Below the pieces are notes generated by a model. That model made no database searches. It was not told where the DNA came from and was given only the letters and a program-made list of their open reading frames with translations. Positions 1-11,959 of a stretch of 64,000 nucleotides of DNA are shown in pieces (within the stretch, counting starts at the first letter, position 1; every line of letters starts with the position of its first letter). Source of the DNA: Octopus vulgaris (taxonomy: Eukaryota); assembly GCA_951406725.2 (NCBI GenBank), contig OX597818.1:25234001-25298000 (forward strand). The letters are read 5' to 3'. Both the position numbers and the translations under genes were made by a program.

Positions 1-880
1 CTCTCGCTCAGAGTAAAAGGCAGACTGTATGATGCATGTGTACGTACAGCCATGCTACATGGTAGTGAAACATGGGCTATGACTGCTGAGGATTTGCGTA
101 AACTCGCAAGAAATGAAGCCAGTATGCTCCGCTGGATGTGTAATGTCAGTGTTCATAATCGACAGAGTGTAAGTACCTTGAGAGAAAAGTTGGACCTAAG
201 AAGCATCAGCTGTGGTGTGCAAGAGAGAGGTTTGCGCTGGTATGGTCATGTGATGAGAATGGCTGAAGATAGTTGTGCACGAAAGTGCCACACCCTAGCA
301 GTTGAGGGAACCTGTGGAAGAGATAGACCCAGGAAAACATGGGACGAGGTGGTGAAGCACGACCTTCGAACTTTAGGTCTCACCAAAGAAATGACTAGAG
401 ACCGAGACCTATGGAAGTATGCTGTGCGTGAGAAGACCCGGAAAGACCAGTGAGAACATGACCTGTGGCCTACATACCTTTCCTTCTTGGAACATCAATG
501 GAAATTGCAGCTGTGGTTAAGCAAACCATCCAATTGTGGCCGTTGCCAGCGTCACCCCGACTGGCCTCCATGCCGGTGGCACATAAAAGCACCATCCGTT
601 CAAGTCCGTTGCCAGCCTCGCCTGGCCCCCGTGCCGGTGGCACGTAAAAGCACCATCTGTTCATGGCCGTTTGCCAGCTCCGTCTGGCACCTGTGCGGGT
701 GGCACGTAAAAAGCACCCACTACACTCGTGGAGTGGTTGGCGTTAGGAAGGGCATCCAGCCGTAGAAACACTGCCAGATCGGACTGGGCCTGATGCAGCC
801 TTTTGGCTTCACAGACCCCAGTTGAACCGTCTAACCCATGCTAGCATGGAAAACGGATGCTAAATGATGATGATGATGAT
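1..880 (+). mobile_element. RTE-clade LINE, 3' end: ORF C-terminus to 453, structured 3' UTR, (GAT)n tail
   Basis: ORF 52-453 has post-RT RTE motifs (LHGSETW, LRWYGHV.R, GR.RPRKTW). The 3' UTR has repeated GTGCCGGTGGCACGTAAAAGCACC units and ends in tgatgatgatgat (~865-880). It is near-identical to 8290-8740. Confidence 0.92.
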
Positions 881-2094
881 CTACAGAAAACATTGCTTTT
901 ACATATTAAGTTTCTCTATATTACATTTACAAATGAAACAAGTTCTCTTTGTGCAATGGCTCCTTTGAAAGCATTACAATTCAGCCAAGATATATTCTCT
1001 GCTATTGATACAGAAAAGTGTTCCTATTGATATAGGAATAAAAGAGAAGCTTTGGCAGTAGGGAAGCAGAAGGAATGTACAAGTTACAGAACAGATTTGT
1101 TAGCAAGGTAACAGAAGGAACAATATAATTTTCAGTTGACAATAACTTGAAAAACATTTAATAAAATAACTATGAGTTTTAGATGTTTCTTAAACAATAC
1201 GGGAAATTTTGTAAGCATAATTTGAAATTCTTTTTCTTTCTTTATGAAGTAACAGCAAGATAAAAAATAAATAATTTTTAACAAAAAGTTACGTCACATA
1301 CCACAAAGAAAATTAGTTCATGCATAAGAATATATATTTAGTTTTGTTTTAAAATATTCTTGGTGGGCTAAACTGTTGGAAATATATCTAGGTCAGACAA
1401 AGAACCACAATTTTAAACCAAGTCTTATTCAAGACCATATAGGCATAAAACATTGTAGATGTTTGGAATTAATTACAAGTGGTATATATTTGACAGCTAT
1501 AGACAACAAAATTACGATTGTAATTTTTTGATTACCTGTATACTCTCTGTATTAAAAATGATACGGATGGATCTGAAAAATGAATTAGGAACTGACCTCT
1601 TTTCAACAGTACTTACCATTTTGATACTTGACAATCCCTCCTATTGGGACAGTGTGTGATTATGAAATATAGTAGTATACATTAAGTAGTATTGTACAAT
1701 TTATATTAGTAAGTGCATAATGTTACATAAATGAATTAAAGTAAAATTTGAAACACTCGTTAATATAGAATTGAGGGAAATAAATAATAATTTAGCATTT
1801 ATGTAAAAATTAAGATATTTACTTTGAAATATTTATTTCATAGAAGATATTAACTGTCCAATCTCTTTTTTGTTTGTTTGTTTGTTTGTTTTTTAGTGAT
1901 TTCATTTTTATTTTATTTTGAATGGAGATTACTGATTTTGTATTTTTTAAAAAGACTCTGCAGACAGGAATCCTTAGACTTCAACAGCTACAGCATAAAT
2001 GTTCACCAGCTAATCAAATCTTATTTGGTTTAAGTGTGTTTTAATTTATGAAATAAAAATTGTCAATTGTTTATTTTATTATATTTTGACTTGA

Positions 2095-2170
2095 GGATAA
2101 AACCAGATTGTTATGTTGTTCTAGATTGCTGGATAAAACCAGATTGTTATGTTGTTCTAGATTGCTGGAT
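2095..2170. repeat. Perfect 36-bp tandem duplication
   Basis: GGATAAAACCAGATTGTTATGTTGTTCTAGATTGCT at 2095-2130 and 2131-2166, followed by GGAT. Confidence 0.9.
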
Positions 2171-5100
2171 GAACAATTAAGATCTTTATTCCTTGGAAAT
2201 TGATAAAATAAGTAACAAGTACACAAAACAATAGAAATATCATCAATGAACATACTAAATCCTTAAAAGTAAGCAAACACACCCACATTTCACAGTAATT
2301 GGTCCAAAATACTTGAAAGATCCCCACATTGAACCTATATAATGTTCCTATTAATTAACATAACAAGTACACACACATACACAAACATGTACCCCCCACC
2401 ACACACACATCCAAACAGTGTGAGATCGTAGAAAATGCTTGGACAAGTGATATGCATTCTGAAAAAGGGCTGGTGAGACCCATTCTGAAGAGGAAAACCA
2501 GAGGTGAGGTAGACCTCTCAAGACCTGGCTGAGGACTGTGGAAAGGACCTCCTGATCTAGGAGCAAGACTCATAACAAGGCTTGTGATTATGCTGGGAGA
2601 TCTTTTATCAACCAAGGTTCCATTAGGAGCAGGAGGAACTAAGACTAAGATATAATATATAGTTTATTTTAGCTAATCCAGTAGCTTGTTACTCCAGAGT
2701 TTTTCTTGGCATATGGTCAGTTCTTCAGATTGGAAAAAAAAAGTTGGTGTGGAAGGACCTTCTCCTGTGATGATAGAGAGAGATGAGAGCATACAAGTGT
2801 TTAATTTGCATACAGGTTGATTTTAGTAGATGTCAATAAAGAAGAACATGGCAAGACGGAAGAGTAGGGCTTATGTATCTAGACAGCACATAAACATGCC
2901 TTAGGCCAATCTAGAAAGAAAAAAAATTAAAATTGAGAAACCAGAGCAGAAGAAATATGAGGGCTGGATGGACTAGTAAGTTACTTTCTTTCCTCTCTCT
3001 CACACACACACACACATAATAGAGTGGCAGTATATGATCACAGATACTGCTGCAGTCTTGTTCTGCTCTGAGATAGCTTAATTTATATATTATGATACAG
3101 TGTACACCCATAACATCACATTTCATTTTGTAAAGAATATTGCATCCTTAACATTTGAATTTAGTGCTGTAATGTGTCTACACCCTTACCTCCTCATCTC
3201 TCTTTCCAGTTCACCTTTCAAGTTAGTCACTTGCCACTTAGCTGGTTTAACTGTATGTATACGTGCATGTATGATTACATGTATGTATGTAAGAGAAGAA
3301 CAGTAATTTACAAACTTTCCCCTCCTTGTTCTTCTCATTCTCTTTCTTTTTTTCTTTCTCTTTTCTCCTCTTGGCACAATCCTCTTCTCACACTCTCCCC
3401 TCTTCCCTCTTCAGTCCATCTTTCCAACTGCTATCTAGCAACTTGTCACTCTGTTGGTGTGTGTGTGCGCGCACGCGCGCGCGCGTGTGTGTGTGTGTGT
3501 GTGCATGTGCATATGTATGAAGATCAGAAATCTCCTACTAGTCCTTCCTACCCTCATCTTTGTTTTTTCTTTCTAGACTGACCTAATGCACATGCCTGTG
3601 TGTGTGTGTGAGTGTGTGCATATGCAAGTGTTGAATAATTATTTACAATCCCTCTCTTTTTCCTTCTCTCTTTGTTCTCCAACCAGCCTGAATGTGAGTT
3701 CAGCTAATCATGTATCCTCATCTATCAGCTCTCACAGCAATAAGTCCTTCCACACCATCCAGTTTTTCCCTAGTCCTAATCACAAGTAATTTATTAATTG
3801 AACTAGCTGACAACAATACATTATATATGTGCAGATCAATCTAGCTGATTTACTTACTCCCTCAGAAATAGTGAGTTTATGAACAGTTAATGAGGATACT
3901 AATTGCAGATGAAATTCCAACATGGGATTGGAGCTAGTCAGGCTGATAATCTCTTTTTCTGTCTGTAAAGTTACTCATACGCGTCTGTGCTTGTATCAGT
4001 ATATGTCCAGGATGAGTTGAGACAATTCCAACAAGTGAATCTATAGCTGTGGATTATGTAGACACTCTCTAACCACAAGTATGTGTTTTGCGTGTGGACA
4101 AGGTGTTTGCATCTCTCTACTATATACTATGTTGACTAAAATATATAGATGTTGTCTGTAATATAGGATAGTTTTATCAATGTGCAATATAGCAACATAA
4201 CACACATTTATTAGGTGTTCCAGTGATAATAACCTTGAAATAAAAGTATCATGTGTATTGTGATAGCCTAAGATAGACAGCTTAATTGACATCTGGACAG
4301 AGGATGCTTGATGTTAAAAAGAAATGAGGAAGAAGAGAGCAATTACGCTGCTGATGGCCTTCAAAATTTGAATTCCTTTGCTTTTTCTTTGAGTTAAGAA
4401 CAGGTGAAAGTCCTGGAATACCCTGAAATAGTAAAATATTAACCAGAATAAAGCCAGAATTATTTTGTTATCTTTCTACTACATTTTCATTGGAAGATGT
4501 TTTAGAGGTGTCTGTTGATGGAAGTAATGTTCGTTTGGTTGACCCTTGTGTGCAGAAGGTTAAAGAAGAATGAAGTGCAGTATTAAACTGCATTGGACTG
4601 TGTTTAATTAAAAGTATCAGTAACTAATACTTAGAAGTTAAAGTGTCAGAGATATAAGTGAACTTTGGGTACACCTGAAATGTATGCTGTAGTGGAATGA
4701 TCTATGGGAAATTTTCTGATCTCTCAATATTTTCCCTTCCTATTTCACAGATGACTTCTTAACAGAAGGAACATCTAACAATGAACATTATTCCATATAC
4801 AGGAGTGTGAAAAATGATTATAATACAATAATAAAAAATTGCTTCAGCAAGCTTCTGCTTTTATAACTATAGGCTAAAATGAGGACAACAGTTGCACTAT
4901 TAAAAAATAATTTTAAATCATTTGAATACAATACTAATAGCAAGTAAAATGTTGACATTTTAAATTTACTTTTCTTTCTCACAAACAAGTTCAGTTGTAA
5001 TAATTTCCACTCAGCAAGCTGCAGTTTATAACAGGTCAAACCTTTACTGCATCCTACATGGAAACAGAAATAGTAGGTTACTCTGCTACATAACAAATTA

Positions 5101-5400
5101 AGTGGATTTATTAAGGAAATTTTCACTAGAATCTATTCTCTTTCTGCCTTTTGCTGTTTCACTCTCAGAAATCAACTATTTGTACACTGTTCATCAGTTT
5201 TCCATTAGTTTAGTGTCACACTGTGATAGTTATACTGGGGTTTTTCTTTTTTTTTTTTTGATTTGAGAAGTTGAGAGAAACTATTGAGTATCTTGTCCAG
5301 AACACATTATGCTACCAGTAATATGGGAATATTACTAATCCTGCACAGTGCAAAACAAAAGGGCTAAACCCTTACAAAAAGAACAAATCAGATGAAACCC

Positions 5401-5905
5401 ATCATCATCATCATCATCATCATCATTTAGCGTCCACTTTCCATGCTAGCATGGGTTGGACGGTTCAACTGGGGTCTGGGAGAGGCCAGAAGGCTGCACC
5501 AGGCCCAGTCTGATCTGGCAATGCTTCTATGGTTGGATGCCCTTCCTAACGCCAACCACTCCGTGAGTGTAGTGGGTGCCAGACGGGGCTGGCAAACAGC
5601 CATGGTCGAATGATGCTTTTTACGTGCCACTGGCACGGGGGCCAGGCGAGGCTGGCAACGGCCACAATCAGATGGTGCTTTTTACGTGCCACCGGCACGG
5701 AGGCCAGGCGAGGATGGCAATGGCCACGTTCAGATGGTTCGCTTACGTGCCACCGGCACTGGTATCACAGCTACAATTTCCATTGATGTTGATCGATTTC
5801 GATTTTGATTCTCACTTGCCTCAACAGGTCTTCACAAGTAGAGTTTTGTGTCCCAAGAAGGAAGGTATGCATAAGTGGACTGGCTACATCCCAGGTCGAG
5901 GCCAC
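5401..5905 (-). mobile_element. RTE LINE 3' UTR fragment, 5'-truncated
   Basis: (ATC)n tail at 5401-5426, then the reverse complement of the 3' UTR seen at 460-880 and 8740-9306, with three repeat units. Confidence 0.88.
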
Positions 5906-6089
5906 CTCAGTTCTATATTGAAATCCAATTTAAATCAACTTTGTTTTTCATTTCTTTGGGCTCAAGAATCTAAGCAGCTGTAAATATACTGGGATCAAGT
6001 TATCATAGTTCATAGTCAAATATTGGAATATTGTAATAAATCATAACTTTGAGGCATAAACCAGCATGGGATATAAAGCAAAATACTTT

Positions 6090-6330
6090 CACAAAACATG
6101 AACATATTGGTCCTTGGTATGTTGAGGTCTTAAGCTATTGGTAACTGTGAGGCTGTCAAGAGTGCCAAAAAATACATATCAAATTTATGCACTCTGCTTG
6201 GTACTAAGCCGCAACTTAAAACCAGTCCTATTTGCAACAACTGTAAGCAATTCACAACTATAGAACACTACATTATTACATTGAAAAATATGGACTCTCA
6301 AAGCTGTTATAGTCTATCTGTATTGAATAA
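6090..6330 (+). mobile_element. Highly decayed I-group LINE remnant (RNase H end and CCHC knuckle)
   Basis: Translates in pieces to IGNCEAVKSAK (resembles the RNase H motif GNExADxLAK) and SPICNNCKQFTTIEHYII (resembles the ORF2 C-terminal zinc knuckle). Confidence 0.4.
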
Positions 6331-6633
6331 AACTGCTTATTGTCATAATTTTTGTACTCCAGCAGAGCTGATCAAGACAGTTCAGTAACAATAGAAATAA
6401 TAAAAAAAAATATAGCAACAACAATAGCATCACTAACCAGATGTTCACTCACAATTCTCCATCTGAGAAGCTTGATAGCTTATCAACAATGCTATTGCAA
6501 ATCTATATTTCTTTGATAAGCTTCATGAAGTCAAAATTATTGGAAGGTTAAGGATTTTTTTTTCAGATTTATGTGGTGTATAATAGAAATTATATAAAAT
6601 CTCCAGAATGTGTTGATGCTTTTTAAAATAGGC

Positions 6634-6637
<4 letters not shown>

Positions 6638-6712
<75 letters not shown>

Positions 6713-6715
6713 ATT

Positions 6716-6750
<35 letters not shown>

Positions 6751-6768
6751 TATTATTATTATTATTAT
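6638..6768. repeat. Compound (ATT)n/(ATC)n microsatellite
   Basis: Read directly from the sequence. Confidence 0.95.
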
Positions 6769-7475
6769 ACTTTCATCTATTAGTTTAATCCATTTTAAGA
6801 TGCATCATAATTTTGGATACTCTTAAAATTTCATCTTCAATCTTGACAAATAAAACTCCAATTAAAAGAATAAAATTACATTAAACTTAAGTTAGCTATA
6901 GAAGCTTCTAGAAGGGAATATTTCTGTACATTGAGTGTATATGTGGATATTGATTGAATAGGTAATATATAAGTCAGAAAAGAAAAGGCATCAGATGTCT
7001 CACTTGGCACTTTTTGTAAAAATTTGGCAAAATTAGGACTCAATGTATTTTTTGAATAGTTTTAGATTGATTGATAGATTAGTTCATGGAATATTTGTTG
7101 TGAATTTTCTTTTTTAAAGGAATTTAAAATATGATTTTATCAAATTTATTAAAAATAATTATTAAATGAATGTATATCAGGAAAATTGCTGCTGCTGCTT
7201 CTTTATCAAATCTTTAATGGTTGCCAGTGATAGAAGACTACTACTGGTGTCAACACTATGTCTATTAATGCGTGAAAAGATTAATCTTTTGTCAGTTTTT
7301 ATTATTATGTTGTTATTGTTGTTTAGATGCCACTCCCAGCCAGTTTCGACAGAAAGACCTCTGATCAAAAGCGTTTTGATCAGGTCACAGTGTATCTTGG
7401 ACTATATTATCAAATGCGTCTTTCCTTTTATAAGAGAAGTGGCTGTATGGTAAAGAGAAAACTGAAAAAAGCCTG

Positions 7476-7512
<37 letters not shown>

Positions 7513-7514
<2 letters not shown>

Positions 7515-9306
7515 ACAGCTTTAGGAAAAATACCTAGCCAAAGATAAACCTCTGTACCTGGCTTTCATTGACATGTAGAAAGTCTTTGACAGGGTCTCCC
7601 AATCCCTTATCTGGTGGTCAATGAGGAAACTAGGGATAAATGAATGGTTAGTGAGAGCTGTGTAAGCCATGTACAAGGATGCTGTCAGTAAGGTGAGGGT
7701 TGGCAACAAGTACAGTGAAGAATTCAAGGTAGAGGCTGGGTCCACCAAGGTTCAGTCCTCAGCCCCCTCCTATTTATCATAGTCCTCCAGGTAATAACGG
7801 CCCTAATTGCTGAGTCACTATCAGAACAAGAGGAGAAGTTTCAGATGTGGAAGCAAGGATTAGAATGGAAGGGCCTTAGAGTCAACCTAGCTAAAACCAA
7901 AGTCTTAATAAGTAGGAAGGCAGACAAACCAGAAATCCCTTCAGGTAGATGGCCCTACTTGATCTGTAAAAAAGGCGTAGGTAGAAACTCTATAAGATGT
8001 ACCCAGTGTAAGTTATGGACACCTAAGAGGTGCAGCAATATCAAAGGAAGGCTAACTGGGAAGATAGTTTTTGTATGTGGCAAATGCTCAGGAGCAATAA
8101 ACATTGAAAATGTGCAGAGAACAACTTCTGTCACTTTCCAGGGAGAAAAACTACAAGTAGTTGACAGGTTCTGTTACCTAGGTAGCCAAGTCAGTAGCAG
8201 GGGTTGTTGTTCTGAAAGTGTAGCTGCTAGAATAAGAATAGCCTGGGCAAAGTTCAGAGAGCTCCTACCTCTGCTGGTGACAAAGGGCCTCTTGCTCAGA
8301 GCAAAAGGTAGAGTGTATGATGCATGTGTACGAACAGCCATGCTACACAGTAGTGAAACATGGGCCGTGACTGCTGAGGACATGCGTAAGCTCGCAAGGA
8401 ATGAAGCCAGTATGCTCTGCTGGATGTGTAATGTCAGTATGCATACACGACAGAGTGTAAGTGCCTTGAGAGAAAAGTTGGACCTAAGAAGCATCAGATG
8501 TGGTGTGCAAGAGAGACAACTGCGCTGGTATGGTCATGTGGTGAGAATAGATGAGGATAGCTGTGTGAAAAAGTGTCACACCCTATCGGTTGAGGGAACC
8601 TGTGGAAGAGGTAGACCGAGGAAGACCTGGGATGAGGTAGTGAAGCACAACTTTTGAACATTGGGCCCCATCAAGGCAATGACGTGTGACTGACCTTTGG
8701 AAATACACTGTGCTTGAGAAGACCTGGCAAGCCAAGTGAGATATAACACGTGACCTATGTCAGTGGTGTAACCAGCCCACTTATGCGTACCTTTCTTTCA
8801 TTGGACACTAAACTCTGCTTGCGAAGACCTGTTGAGGCAAGTGAAATCGAAATCAAATTTGCTGACATTGCCGATGACAGCACTGCCTGACTGGCATCTG
8901 TGCTAGTGGAACGTTAAGAGCACCATCCGAGCGGGATCATTGCCAGGGCCGCTAACTGGATCCCATGCCAGTGGCACGTAAAAAGCACCATTCAAGTGTG
9001 ATCATTACCAGCATCACCTTACTGGCTTGGCCGTTGCCAGTGCCACTGGTCTGGCTCCTGTGCAGGTGGCATGTAAAAAACACCATTGCCAGTACTGCCT
9101 GACTGACCCTTGTGCTGGTGGTACATAAAAGCACCCACTACACTTTCGGAGTGGTTGGTGTTAGGAAGAGCATCCAGCTGTAGAAACTCTGCTAGATCAG
9201 ATTAGAGCCTGGTGCAGCCATCGAGCTTGCCAGTCCTCAGTCAAACCATCCAACCCATGCCAGCATGGAAAGTAGACGTTAAACAATTATGATAATGATG
9301 ATGATA
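7513..9306 (+). mobile_element. 5'-truncated, inactivated RTE LINE: RT with PHD-like insert, 3' UTR, (GAT)n tail
   Basis: Motifs YLAFIDM*KVFDRV, HQGSVLSPLLFI, NLAKTKVL, FCYLG and LRWYGHV are present. The YADD segment is deleted at ~7800, and there are stops and frameshifts. The 3' UTR has four repeat units. Confidence 0.93.
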
Positions 9307-9324
9307 CATACATACATATATATG

Positions 9325-9529
9325 TGTGTTTGTGTCTTTGTATCTGTGTTTGCCTCCAATCACCACTTGACAACTGGTGTTGGTGTGTTTGTGTCCCTGT
9401 AACTTGGTGGTTCAGCAAAAGAGACCAATAGAATAAGTACCAAGCTTAAAAAGTTAGTACTGGGATTGATTGATTCAACTAAAATTTCAAAGCTGCAGTC
9501 TAATGACTGAAATAAGTAAAAGATAAAAG
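9325..9529 (+). mobile_element. tRNA-SINE family A, 3' half
   Basis: Matches the 3' half of the 27702-28114 copy (gtaacttggtggttcagcaaaagagacc...cagtctaatgactgaaataagtaaaagataaaaga). Confidence 0.75.
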
Positions 9530-9627
9530 ATCTTGAGTGAAGTTGGGCGATTTAATTCTATCAAGTCTAGCCACCATGTAGATGCTTCTCTTATTAGCTT
9601 AATATGGTTAGTATGCATTTTCAAATG

Positions 9628-9790
9628 AAGGTGGTGGATGGTAGAATCAGTAGAGCACTGGATAAAATGCTTTGTGAGATATAATTACACTCCTATACTT
9701 TTCGAGTTCTAATATCACTAGAGGTTTTTACTGTTTTGTCCCACAAAGATCACATTAATAAATACCAGTAGTATACAAGATTTGCTTCAA
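9628..9790 (+). mobile_element. Decayed SINE family B copy
   Basis: Weak similarity to the reverse complement of 40274-40480 (tggtagaatc...gagttctaat...aaataccagt). Confidence 0.4.
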
Positions 9791-10577
9791 TTGATGTATG
9801 ACCCATATTAGAAATCATTACTGTATCCTTCCTTCTTGGGTCAATCCAAAGGTTTCTGGGGGCTTGAGCAAGCTGAATTTCAGCACTCTTACAGGTATAA
9901 TTCTAAAGTCTTTTGTCAGACTGTGTAACAGGATATAGTGTCTCTTTAATCACATTTATATATTGGTAGTCCTAAGATGTAAATAAGTGATCACACTTGT
10001 AAAATCTGCCTGCTTGATTTATCATTGAAAAACAACAGCATGCCTGGTTGTAAAAGTTGCAAATGAAGAAATAGAGTATTTATTACAATTTACTACATGT
10101 AAGAAAAAATATTTTATCATATTTCTGTTATTATTTTGACATTTTCACCTTGTTAATGGAAGATTCGAAACATGATGTGATGTCCTTACCAACCACCACC
10201 ACCACCACCACCACCATCAGTATGCGGTATCCTCAAGTATCTGTTCCAGGATGACAGTACAGATTGCTAGTACCTTCAGGCAGCTCCTGAAGCAAGCCCA
10301 CAACTAAGTAGGTCTCAGTATTATATAATGGGATTGGCCTCAAGCATGTTTGTAAAGCTTTTCGGAAAATAAATAAAAAAAATAAAATAAAATAAAAATG
10401 CACAACTTATTCCTGCTCCAGATTACTATGTTTAATATAGCTAGTAGATAATCTCTTGCAATGTGGTTGTTCATCTCTTGCTTACAAATACTTAAACATA
10501 AACATAATTCTAATTCAATATGACAGAACTGTTTGTTTATATAGATAGTAAAATTTTTGTAAACAAAGGTGAACAGG

Positions 10578-10729
10578 TTTGACTATGTGGTAAGAAGTTT
10601 GCTGCCCATCCACATGGTTCCAGGTTCAGTCCCACAGTGTGGTAACTCGGACAAATGTTTTCTACTACAACCTCAGGCCAACCAAAGCCTTGTGGATGGA
10701 TTTGGTAGACAGAAACTGAAAGAAGCCCA
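10578..10729 (+). mobile_element. tRNA-SINE family A, head
   Basis: A-box-like tgactatgtgg, B-box ggttcagtcc, then ccaaagccttgtggatggatttggtagacagaaactgaaagaagccc. Confidence 0.8.
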
Positions 10730-11283
10730 TCATCATCATCATCATCATTATCGAATGTTCACCTTCCATGTTGGCATTGCTGGTGATTGAGAAGACCCAG
10801 CAAGTAAAGTGAAATTGCAGCCATGGCCAATGCCAGTGTTGCATGATCAGCCCATTTAAAAGTACCCTTGATATGCTTGAGAAGACCTGTTGAGTCAAGT
10901 AAAATTGAAATTGTAGCTATGGCTAGTGCCGCCTGACTGGCTCCCATGCTGGTCACATGTAAAATGCACCATCCAAACGTGGTCGATGCCAGTGCCCTCT
11001 GACTTGCTCCTGTGCCAGTGGCACATAAAAAGCACCATCTGAACATGGTCAATACCAGTGCCCCCTGACTGGATCCTGTGCTAGTGGCATGTAAAAAGCA
11101 TCATCCGAATGTGGTTGATGCCAGTGCTCCCATGATAACAGAACATAAAAAGCACCCACAACACTCTTGGAGTGGTTGGTGTCAGGAAGGGCATCCAGCT
11201 GTAGAAACATTGCTGGATCATATTGGAGCCAGGTGCAGTCCACTGGCTTGCCAGGCCTCAGTCAAACTGTCCAACCCATTGCA
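10728..11283. mobile_element. RTE 3' UTR insertion with internal inversion
   Basis: The terminal ~55 nt and tail lie on the minus strand (10728-10780). The adjoining upstream UTR lies on the plus strand (10788-11283). Confidence 0.8.
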
Positions 11284-11959
11284 ATTTCATAACTGGATCT
11301 TACATGTCTCACTCTATACGTGCTGCAGAGGAAGGTCATGAAGTCAAGTGTGTGGGACACTTCCTGGAAAGTTGAGGTCCACTTTAAACAAATCCATGCC
11401 GTTGGCACTTTCTTCTACTCTGATTGTCTACTTCTAACCAATTCCTGCAAAGCCCAATGGTAATAGGGAATGGATGATGGGAGCAGGTTTTGGTGAAACT
11501 GGAAGCTTCATGTCCTAAATATGCATATTGGCAGTGAATGTGTGATGGTCGCTTTCTTAAGATCCAGTGACTGTGAAATTGTGACCCCTATATCTTACAT
11601 ATAAGATATTTTTTTTTACTATAAAATTTTTGTTTTCTATGAAATTGTGATAATGTAAATTTTTAAATGTAATTTTTTCTGTTCATGGTAAAAATGGAAA
11701 AATATGAGTGAATGTTTATTTTATGAGTGCTGTTTATTAAACCTATAGAATTATGCATAAAGTATATATATAAAGTGCATTAAGTAATCACTTATATTCC
11801 AATTTTCTTCACTTTTCAGTGAATAGCAGATGAGTGACTATCTTTTGAGTCAGACACAACAGGCTACACTTTCAAGTTTTTTGGATAAAGTTTTCAAGAA
11901 TAACCCAATAAGTTTACTATTAATTCTGTGAAATATTCATGGGCCCTACTAGTTAACAC

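Noticed and set aside
540-725. UTR repeat units as a CRISPR-like array or HDV ribozyme (GCCAGCCTCGCCTGGC resembles HDV P3-L3)
   Set aside because: The spacers are homologous to each other, the context is a eukaryotic LINE, the loop sequence is not conserved between units, and I found no convincing P2 or J4/2.
11310-11600. Possible RTE 5' UTR on the minus strand
   Set aside because: Only a vague motif resemblance, with no ORF or second copy in the window.
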